A stretch of DNA of 64,000 nucleotides from NCBI RefSeq assembly GCF_963506605.1, contig NC_083276.1, positions 85,498,001 to 85,562,000 on the forward strand. Reading direction: 5' to 3'. This stretch comes from Zootoca vivipara. Its lineage: Eukaryota. The position numbers and the translations under genes are program-made. Below the pieces are notes generated by a model. It was not told where the DNA came from, made no database searches, and worked only from the letters and a program-made list of their open reading frames with translations. Of the stretch, positions 26,626 to 38,000 are shown in pieces. The first letter of the stretch is position 1, and every line of letters starts with the position of its first letter.

Positions 26626-28330
26626 AAAGGTTCAAAGATGTGAATTTTGGGTTAAAAGTTCTAACACTTTATCTTATCCAATCACCCAGAAACCCCACCT
26701 GGCCCTTTCCCTACCCCTTTCTCAATTTCCCAGGTATCCCTGATGCACTGGGATCTGGCAGCCATTTTAAGCCTATGTCCAGGTAGTTATTATCCTATTT
26801 ATGGTCTTTCCTGATAGTATTCAGTATTTCATTGCACATGCATTGCAGCTCCACTAAGACTCCATTGTTCACTCAATTCAGGAAGTTACGGTATGTCCAG
26901 TGTTCAGTAACTGCTGTAGGTGAGCAGCTGGCACAACCTTGAACAGAAGGCAAGATGGCAATAATGCTACACAAGCCATCATATCCTTTAGTATCTTCTT
27001 AGTTCCAGTTCTCACAACCACCCAAAGTTGTAATAAGCATGTGCCTTGTACTATGTCAGGATCCAGGTGGGAATATACACAATTGCATGCTGTACCATAC
27101 AGTTTTGTTTGTTGTTGAAAACTAGTGCATTTGGAGTGCAGAATAGAACTTTGCTCTTCATGCTAATGGACACGACAGCTTGAGATGCTGCTGTTTCCCT
27201 TTATTGCCTCTCATTTAACTGCTACCCTAAGATAACTGAGAAGTCTGTAAAGCCTATTAACATCAGGTGTCTTTTGAGGTTGGATATCTGGGTAAAGTAA
27301 AGGAACAGAGATACAGCTATAACTCCTAACTCATCTAACCTAAGATCTCCCATGCAATCTGGAAACCATTGTTAGTTCAGCTTCCTTTTCTGCTAGATTC
27401 TCAAAGCAAGTAGATTAATCCAGTTTAGCTGCTTTTGATTCCATGGGCTCTACACCTTGTGTTCCAGGAGTTTAGCCCCCATGCACAGCAAAGATGGACT
27501 TTCCAAACAAATGGTGCAAAGCTTATAAGTTAACTACAGGTGCATTGGGTTCTTAAGCATATGGGCTGCATTCTCTTCAGACAGGCTTCCAAGGACCACC
27601 TGCTAGTGCTGATGATTGTAAATTTTAACTTTGAACTGTAGGTTCTTTCTATCCTACATCCAGGCAAGCAAAGGGCTTGGACACAATGCTAGGACACATT
27701 TCAGCCAGGCAAAAACACTCAAGCGGGACTGCTAAGGGCTGTGAAGAAGAGTCCTAAGCATTAGATAGTGAGGATTGCATTTTGGGCCCGAGCCTGAATT
27801 TTCTTATCTTAGACACACTGCATGATACAGTAACTCTCACAAAAGCCTGCTTTTATTTGAGTGTAAGATTATGGCTTACATATCCACATTTATGCAGAAG
27901 TAAGCCCTACAATGTTCAGCAAAGCTTTTTTTACAGCTAAATGTGTTTAGAATTGCAACCTTACTTTTGTTCATTTGTACATTCCCCCCTAATCCCCAAC
28001 ACAAATACGGGAGATAATTTTGCATGTTCAATTTTTAACAAATGTTTCAAGTTAGGTAGATTATGTGGCAAAATGTTCATATAGTTTCTGCATATTCTAT
28101 GTGTTTTTGGCATAGGGTGTAATTCAGTGCAGTGGTGTAGTTATGCATGGAATGAGGTCCCCAGTCCTCTAGCACAGATTGTAGGGGAAGAGAGCCCTGT
28201 TGCATGAGTGGATGCCATTTTGCGCCCACAACTTAATTTTTAAGACCTCTGGGTGGGTTTTCAAAATTCTTCAATCAGCTGCCTCTAGGCTACATCCATA
28301 TGGAGGAACATGTGAGAAGACAAACCAGGT

Positions 28331-28336
28331 TTTATT
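28331..28336 (-). terminator. Likely STK36 polyadenylation signal
   Basis: TTTATT on the plus strand, ~720 nt past the stop codon. A second candidate lies at 28547-28552. Confidence 0.5.
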
Positions 28337-29056
28337 ACAAAAGCACACTATTAAATATAAAAAAAACAAGAGACTAACTGGGTCAGGGTCCTAGTCAAAG
28401 AAAAACTGAAAAAAATAATGCATGCAATCCATTACAGTTGATCAGAGGCTCCAGGAGGGATACTATAACTTATCAAAAACTGAAGATGCTTCCTTTCTTC
28501 TGACCCACAACTTAACCTGCAAAAATCAAAGCAAAAGAGGAACTACTTTATTCTGGCCAGCAATGCCACTGTTCTCTTTTCTGCTTTTAAGTAGGGATGC
28601 TTGGTGACTTGTGGCTGTCCACTCTTCTTCTTCTTCAAGGGGAAAGGAAGAAATTCTCAGGAAAAAACCCAACAACTTCATGAAAGACCAGTATCCCAAG
28701 GCACTTAATGTAGAGTGCACTGAGTTAGGATTTTTGCTACACATGAGCTACACGTCTTGTTTAGGTAGGAGAACACAGCAGCTTGGCTTTTTCCGTGGAT
28801 GGTTCATAGCAGGAAAATGGTGCTTGGAAGGTTTCCTTACTGAACAGCAGACTGCGGCACCTCTGTTCGGATGATGTAAAACAGAGTTCTGCTTCCAACT
28901 ACTTCCAACTTCAGCTAGAAAGACTAGTGCACTCTTGACATTTTGGCATATTGAAGACCATTCCAAGACAGTAGCTGCAATGATATTTCAGCTCCATGGT
29001 TCTCCAAACCTCTGGTGTTTGGAAGGAAGAGAGCATATTGGAACCCTCTTGAATTC

Positions 29057-32000
29057 TCAGGCACTGTGTGCAGGCTGCAGGAGGTGGATCAATTTCTTAC
29101 AATGCCTTGATGATGAGGGCCGTGGGCTGCTGTAGGCACTAGTCTGAGGTTTGTTACATGAAAGTGCTTCCAACTTTTCACTTGCTCCGAGTGACACCAG
29201 CACCTGGAAAGGAGATTGGGACAGATATATGTTGTGCCCTGACATAGCCTATTGTGCTAAGCTATGTAGGGCACTACCACAATTACTTTGAGAAGGCCTG
29301 TGTTTTTAATCCTGCCTCCAACAACACGTCCGCATTATCATGACACTGTGGTGGAACGTCCATCTACTGCAAGTAATGCACAGCTGATTGAGGAATCTGT
29401 TATGTTGGGGATGGGACTGAAAACAAGGCCCCCCCTTTGAGTAATTATGGTAACTCCCTCAATGTGAATAACACAGTATTAGGACTCTATAGAGAGTCTC
29501 ATAACTCCAGTGTATCTTTAACATTTGGTACCGAGAAAGATGTCATTCTGACAGAGCTGTTCAATAGTGGAACGAACAGACTCTCACGAGAGGTGCTGGA
29601 CTCTCCTTCCCTGGAAGTTGTTAAACGGAGGTTGGATGGCCACTTGTCACATATGATCTAGTTGAGATTCCTGCATTGTAGGGGGTTGGGCTAGATGACC
29701 CTCAGGAACCCTTCCAACTTTACAATTCTATGATTTTGGGGGAACACAGTCATGTTTTCATAGAAAGGGGACTAGCAACTTAGAGTTGTATTCAGTGTAC
29801 TGTCAGTGCAAGGCCTTTTGGCTGTGCAAAGTAACTCCTCTTCCTCCCTGCATACCCTCTAAATCTGTTACGGGGCTTCCACAGCCATCCAAAGCAAATT
29901 TGGGGAAGGTGTGAGGTGCACAAGAATCAAGGAGAGTTCCACTGCACAGATGCCAATCCTGCACTAACAGAGCAAGTGCATTGGATACCACCCTTACACA
30001 TAAAAAGTGATGATTGTAACTAGGTAAAGGAAGAATGAGATCTACTGTTGGATGACCTAATATAAGCTCAGGGACACTTTGAACCAACAGAAAGTTATCA
30101 TGGAAAAAACATCTATTCCTTGAGAATCCACTTGCTTTGTCACTGGCTGTTTGTAACGTGCTTCTGCCATAGAAAGGAGGGGTCAAGACAATATGGCAGC
30201 TAATAGCAGCAACGAACTCTCAAGGTCCCCCCCCTAACAAGAACCTACCAATGACATTTTCTTTTTTTGCCCCAATGTACAAACCTCAATTCTTGACCAG
30301 CAAGCAAAGCTTCATTATCCTCAACAACCATGGCAGGTAACCTTGTAATAAGGCTTCCGTTATGCATTGTCAGGAATTAACTGAAGCACAATAAATCTGA
30401 CTGCTGGTTTATTAAGGCCTGCCCTCAGCTGGCCGAGTCTTTTCCCTCCACAGTTGCTGAACTAATACCTGGTGGATCCTGGGCTGCTGGCCAATAGATC
30501 GAAGAGCAATGAGTGCTGCCTCTTGCACAGCTGGTTGCGAATCATGGCAGGCCATATCCAATAGACGACCAGGTACCCTGCTCTGGATCAGCAAATCCTC
30601 CAGTTCCACCGACTGGCAGCCCAAGTTGCCCAGTGCTGAAGCCGCATTACAGCGGGTCTTGGCTTGCGGATCACTCAGGAGCTGAACAACCCAAGGGACT
30701 GCTTTGCTGAGGGCTGGAGTAAGAGGGCCAGCCTGGTAGGCTGCATTGCCGACAGCAAAGCTGGCTGAGCGGCGCACATGTTCGTCCTCATCTGAAAGGC
30801 GTTCCAGCAGATGTTCCAGCAGCCCAATCTGGTCCTGCAGAACCTGGGGAAACCCCTGTCTGTGGCGCAGCAAGTTCCCCAAAAGGCTGCACGTTTTGGC
30901 ACGAACTGGGCACTCTTGGTGGCACAGCAGGTGGCTCAGTGGCTGGGAAGCAGAGTCTGAACCACATAGGAGTCTCTGTAGGAAAGGCAGGTGAGCTGGA
31001 CTGGCCCGGGCTATGTGGGTAAGCAGGGAGAGCAAGTCTGCAGTAAGGGCTACTTGGTCTGATAGCAAAACGGCAGACAAGAAGGCAACAGCATGCTTTG
31101 AGGCAGCCACCCCCACCACCTGCTCAATGACTCCCTCGTCGCTCAGCACCAAGTGGCACAGGAGACTCAATGGCAACTCAGTCTCTGAGAAGGGAAGGTG
31201 GTGAATGCAGGCCTACAAAGAAAGCAAAAGCAGAATAGTGTCTCGAAGTGTGCATACCAGTATGAAGTTGGCACCAACAAAGTTGTGTTTGTGCAAAGAC
31301 TTCTGCTTATGCAATGGAACTTCGTTTCCTCACCCTAGCCACAAAATCTATTTGTAGTCTTTCCACAAACTGGACAACTTCGTTGGACATATCTCTGAAC
31401 CTTTATCATTCCAAAAATGTTTTCCATTAAGGGTAAAAATCCCCTTATGCTTTTATGAGGCTGGCATTTCCATCCCTTCCCCAGCCTACAACCACCTTCA
31501 AAAAAGGCATTTGGTACCTCATTTTATGAAAAGCAGTTTTTTTAGTGCATCCACATAAGCACAGCTACTATGCATCACGATGAAAGGCATTGCTTTGTGT
31601 GGAGCAGGACAACTGGTGTGGCTAAGGCAGAGTCTGCATCCTTGGGCAAAGGGGGAAAAGAGAGCTAAGATCCTTCCCCCTGGCTTCCCTTTTCTAGTGC
31701 TTAGACGACCATCATGAGAAAAGCTTTACCTGGAGTAACCGTGCAGGGATTTCAGAGTCCCTTAGACCTGTTGTGATAAGCTCTAAAGTTTCAGGGTCCA
31801 TGTCCAGAGCAAAGGGGAAACAGAACAGCTGGCAAATTTGGAGCACAACAGCTGACACCAGCTCTGGGTCACCATCCTCTCGCATCTGCCTGTAAGAGGG
31901 AGGAAAGCCTTCATAGTGAGGTGTTAACTTCCAGCTGTAAGTATATTTGGGCTGCAATAGTAAGGTCCAGATGCTTGAAGGAAACAGCCTAGTGAAACAA

Positions 32001-35000
32001 TATCTATTAGTAACCATGCCACAAGAACAGTAAGGGGAGGGTTGTTGCTCAATATGCATATTTTGCATGCAAAATGTCCCAGGTTCAGTCCCCATATGAG
32101 AAAGAAGTCTGAAACCCTGGAGAGCCTCTATCTGTCAAGTGTAAACAATAAATGAAAATGAGATAGACTAATAGTCTATCTTGGTAAAAGGCAACATCCT
32201 ATATTCCATCTGCCCTTCCCTGGCCTTCAGCCATTACATGCTGGTTTTAAGGGATGTCTTGAACCAAAAGTTAATTGCTCTGAGCCAAACCACTGCTTTT
32301 CCTAAAAGAAGCAAATATGCTCAAGTTACGTTATACCAAAGCAGAAATAGGCTTAATGTGCACACCTTATTTTGATTGTAATTTTTGGAATTAGGAATCA
32401 AATACATCGGCGAAGTTTGGAAAGAGGGCAAGGAATAAGGTGTACATAGGGATGCTGTAATAATAAGCTGAAACTGAGGAGAGTTTGGGAGATGTGCAGA
32501 GCACAACTTGTGCCTCTTTCTAATCTAATCTAATCTAATCCAATCCATTGGCCTGCTCAATAAAAACCTTTACCGACAAGTATAATCCTTAAAAACTTCA
32601 TCTTTAATATAAAAACAGGTTGTTAGAAAGCCGAATTCAGCTGCATGTATCTGGAACATTCCTGAGATTGAACATAGGGACACAGAAGGTTGCATATCAT
32701 CCATTTCTGCGTCTTGGGGCAGCTTTCTTGCTGAAAATGGGAGTTGGTAAGAAGGGGAGGAGCTAAACCAAAATCAGGGGTTGGGGAGATTGTATTGCTG
32801 TGCTGTGTTTGGATAAATTACTGTAGAAATTGGAGTTCTTGGTGAAGTCCAGAAATAAACAGTAAACTGCAAGAACTCGGGCCAGGAGGAAGATGAATTT
32901 CAAGTAAGTCTTCAAAAGGTTTTATTTATGTAACGATAGGATGAATTCAAATAGGAATCAATTCCAGTATGATAGTGAGGCAAATAAAAATTATTCCAGT
33001 GAAAAAATCCCAGGACAAGGCCCTGTTTCACCAATTCTTCATCAGCAATGTTTTAATGGTCAGAGTGTACCAAGTATGTTTGCCAAGTATTTTTTCACTG
33101 GAATTAATTTTTATTTGCCTCACTATCATACTGGAATTGATTCCTATTTGAATTCATCCTATCATTACATAAATATAACCTTTTGAAGACTTACTTGAAA
33201 TTCATCTTCCTCCTGGCCCGAGTTCTTGTAATTTATCGTGTTTGGATAAATGAAAAGTATGTTTCTATGCAGCAGCCCTCTGCCCTCGTCCCACTCTAGC
33301 AGCATTTAGTTTAGTTCCTTCTATAGCTCAGCCCTGGATTTATCACTCACGTTTGTGCCAAGTGAGTCAGGAAGTCAGGTTCAAGCAGCTTGCTCAGGGT
33401 TGCCATCATGACCCCATTGGGCTGGCCCAGCTGGAGAAGGCACTGGTGAGGCTCTCGTGTGAAGATGAAGAGGGCTAAGTTGAGGAAGAGCAAGGTTCCT
33501 ACAGCAGGGAAAGTATGAGCGATTACCCCTTAGCCACCTATTCAATGTCCCCTTGCCTTTCCCAATCGGAGAGGTGACGGCCAGAACCAGGCCTGGCACC
33601 ATGGAAAGACTGTGGGCATCCTTATGTACAGCCTCACAAAGATGAACCTCCTCAGCTCTGTCTTCTGACACGTAAATAGCAAGAGGAAACACCCAAGAGG
33701 CAATTTGGGGTGGTTCTCACTAAAGGAAAGCCACTTTGTACCTTGTGGTGAGATGAGGTTCCAGTATGGCTCTGGTGCCTGCTGGCCAGCTCTCGGGGTC
33801 TCTCCTTCCATCACTGGCTCCTGAGAAGTCAAGTGGAGCACCATGGCAAAGCGATGCCACACGATGCCCCAGAGTTCGGAGGTAGCAAACTCCCGCACTA
33901 CTGCTGCATCTCCCTGACAGAAGAGGAACAAGCCCCAGAGCAGTGAGATGGGAACCCAAACACCCTATTCTGCATTGCGTCTCAGGGATTTGGCTCATCG
34001 GAGACACCTTAATTTCATGGATGTTCCCTCTGTAGCCTGACAGACCTAAACCCTTTCTGACTGGACCTCTCTTCCCACCTTATATTTTCAAAGATGGAAC
34101 AGAGTCAATCCTGCAGAATCCTTAGACTCTGCTTTTGTTTTATTACATTTAAACTATAACAATATATTTTAATTGGGTGGAAGCAAACTTCTAGTCCATA
34201 AGAGGAAAAAAACAATGTGGTAATATATAGGTGGCTATAGGTGAGAATTTGGCTGTAGTTTCTTCACATGCACAAATATACATACACAGCAAATTGTAGA
34301 TATGAATAGTGCAATGTCCTCAACAGTATTTTTTTAAATTTTCAAATTCTATAGAAAGAACTGAGCCACTTGGCTTGGAAATTATCATATCTGTATAACT
34401 ATGTTAGCAAACTGGGTTGTTTAGCTCCAGTTCTAGACTCAGCTGTCTTTCTCTATCTCAGCGTTACCCAACCTGGTGCCCTCCAGATGTTTGGGACTCC
34501 GTCTCCCATCAGCCCCTGTTAAGCGTAGATTAGAAAATGGTTGAGGTGATGACAATTGTGGCCCAAAACATTGAGGATGCCAGGTTGGGGAGGGCTGCTC
34601 TATCCTTTGACCCAAAGTGGCCTTTCCAGTTGTGGATAGGGCAACCTCCAAGGAAGTCCATGAACAGACAGGATAGCACCTGGATGAGAGCCAGTTCCCT
34701 ACTGCCAAGAGCTGAGGAGCTACACACGGCCCTGGCGGAATTAAGCAGGCCATTTCTTACCCTACCCCATTTTGCTTCACCTAACAGCAAATACTTTCCC
34801 TAATACCTCCTGGATCATTTGTGTACATCCTCTTGAGCAGCCTTTGCCAACCAGGTGCCCCCAGATGTTAGACCATAACTGTTGGACCACATGCTGGCTG
34901 GGGCTAATGGGAGTTACAATCTAGCAACATCTGGAGATCAAGTTGGCCAATGCTGCTCTAATGAATGCAAGGGAGCTGCTTTGTGGAGCATGAGGTCATA

Positions 35001-38000
35001 CCTGGCTTAATAGCTGCAGCATCAAGAGCAGGAGCCCATCATAGAAGCCGGCTCCCATGGGAGGTGGCAGGCATAGCTGAAAGACACCAAGAAAAAGGAC
35101 TAGACCTGAGACAGTGAACTGGCATGGCAAGCATGATGCAGCCAGTGGCCTATGTGTCCTGATTTGCCCCTGTCTGTCTGGAGCTGGTTTCTTACCTCCG
35201 CAGGTTCTGTGAATACAGTAGCTATAATGGCCATGGCTTCCTCTTGCCTGAGCATCACAGTGGCACCATTTTGAATGAAGTATGTCAGCAGCAATCCTGC
35301 AGCACTCTGCATAAGAAAGAGAGACCCCTCTGTGTGCAGGAACGGCCAGAATGCCTTCTTTACTTGCACTGGATGCAAAACTAGTTATTAGACTCCCAGC
35401 AGGAATGGCAATGCTGCTTTCTCCTTTATAGTCTACAGAAGTCCAACTCCGATACCTCTGGCATGACAGGGTAACAGGCAGACCATGCCAGTATCTAGTA
35501 CACACTTGTGGGACATGTGGGAATAGTGGGATACCTCTTTTTCACAGCTTGTGATGCTCTGTCTACTATACCTCCAACTGTGTGGGGGAAGATAACAGCC
35601 TGGTCCTTTCCTTAACCTTTGTGAGAATCCATCACTCACCATCAGGTGCAGTGTGGAAGAGTTTCTCTTGAGCACAACCCTACAGCTGGGGCTACTGACA
35701 ATCAGATTACACATATGGGGTAAAAGAATCTATATAGACAGTTCTAAACTACCCCGGAGTAGAGATTACTCACTAAAACAGAGGTAGCTGTTGCATGGTT
35801 GAAAAGAGCCATGGTGTCCTTCAGCACTATTTCATACCTAAACCACAATCAAAGAAATAACAGCATTAGAAGGATGAAGCAACGAATGCCAAGGCCCTCA
35901 TCTTCAAAGCTAGCAATACTCGCAAGACACTTAAGTTTGTGCCTGGAAAAAGAATGGCAGCCGAAAACTAAGACTGGGGCTGCACTCTGGCTCAAAAATG
36001 TGGTTATGTCATGTAGCGGCTTCAGTGGAATCTTAAAAACCAGTAATTTCATTTTCTAAACATCAAGAAAACTTCTTGGCAACATTGTTGCTCACTGCTG
36101 GGTAGTTTCTGCTTCAGACTAAGAAACCATCAGTTCGGCATGGCTTACAGTCACCAGAAGTCTAGTCCTTAACACAGGTGCCAGCTCTCTCTTCATGTAT
36201 AAGGTAAAGGTAAAGGACCCCTGACAGTTATGTCCAGTCGCAAACGACTCTGGGGTTGCGGTGCTCATCTCGCCGAGGGAGCTGACGTTTGTCCACAAAC
36301 AGTTTTTTGGGGTGATGTGGCCAGCATGACTAAGCTGCTTCTGGTGAAACCAGAGCAGCACACGGGAATGTTGTTTACCTTCCCACTGGAGTTGTACCTA
36401 ATTATCTACTTGCACCTTGATGTGCTTTCAAACTGCTAGGTTGGCAAGAGCTGGGACTAAGCAACGGGAGCTCACCCCGTCATGGGGATTCGAACCGCTG
36501 ACCTTCCGATCGGCAAGCCCTAGGCTCAGTGGTTTAGATCACAGTGCCACCTGTGTCTCCTTATGTATACTCTGTGTAAATATCTGGGAGGCTATTGCTA
36601 CTGGACCCCACTCTGGGCAAGCTGCTCCTGAGTTTAGGGCAGCTACAGCAAACATTAAAGGAGCGTAGTGGGAGGAATGTATTTGCTTACAGAGCAGGGT
36701 GAAGCACCATTGCACATCTTCCTGCAAAACATCTCTTGACTGGCACGTTTTGCGATGGGGCTTATCCCTCAAAACCAAAGTTGTGTTGAGAGATTTCCAG
36801 AGAAATGCAGATCAGTTTCCCTTTTTTGTCAAGCGCCTCCCCATTGGAGCACTGACTCTCCTTACTTCTTGCCAATCCACTTCTTGCCAATCCACACCAC
36901 TTAAGTCTCTGTGAGCCCTTTCCCTTGTTCCCAAGCAGTCAAGGCAAGAATGTGAATGGTGCCAAAGCAACAACACTTACTGAGGTGGGAGGATCTGTAG
37001 CTGGAGCAGCAGGAGGGAGAAGAGTCTCAGGGAGGCTTCAGCTGCCTGTATTTGTGCCACTTCAGTCAGTGGGACCTTTCAAAGAGACAAGGCTCAGTCC
37101 TGAAACACTGACCCCACAAACCATCACCTTTCCATCCCATATCCACTCCAAAGAGAAGAACTTCCTGGTTGGTTGCGAGCGCCGGCGGCTGTGGGAGAGA
37201 TTCCTCCCAGTCCTTTGAGGGGTTCTGGGGGGTCTGCAGAGCGCGCAGCCCCCCGAAACTTCGGATAGAGAGTTCCGAAGGCTTGGGGAACCCGGCAGTT
37301 GTCTTTTTTTTGCCTCCCTTCCCCCCGAAGAGCTCTAATAAGAGTCCGAGAGCGGGAAGGTGGAAGGCACGGCACAGCGGGTACAGCGCTTTCCCTTAAA
37401 GGAGAAGCTCCGTTTACTGGCGGCGGAACAGCAACCAATCTCCTTCAAAATCTACAATATCAACATGGAACCATCTGGCCATCGTGAGTAATGAATCTAA
37501 AAAGCTTTTAAAGTCTCTAATTTGGACGGATTTGGTCAAAGGGGAACCTAAAATTTATGGAGGTCGGGTTCTTCCCTCCCCCCTGTGGAAGATTGAAAGC
37601 AAAGACAGTCTCCGCAGCACTTTAACCATAAAGCTTTGTAACTTTATTTCTTGGACTTTGAACTATCTAAAAGAGAGCAGGGCTCTGGAAAATACCCTGC
37701 AGTGGACAGCAATATTTACATTTGAGATTGCTTGCTCAAACTGGAAGCGGGACTTCGTTCTGATCTCTCTAGCCGTTCGCCATTGTGACGGCACAAAAGA
37801 AATTTCCATATGAACTTCTGTTTACCCCTTGACAGGCTTTGATCTGCCTGCAACTTTCCTTGGAGGATTTAAGGATGTTTTCCCCCCCTATTTTATAGAC
37901 TATGCGACGTATCGACTTTTGAGCTATAAAGTGACTGTGTGAAATATTGTTCCTTTGCCTTGTTCCTTTGTCTTGAATTATTTTAATGAGCCAGTTTCAG

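Noticed and set aside
37124-37438. Antisense ORF in the L1 5' UTR (ORF0-like)
   Set aside because: Non-ATG start, GC-rich context, and it runs out into flanking DNA; no supporting evidence.
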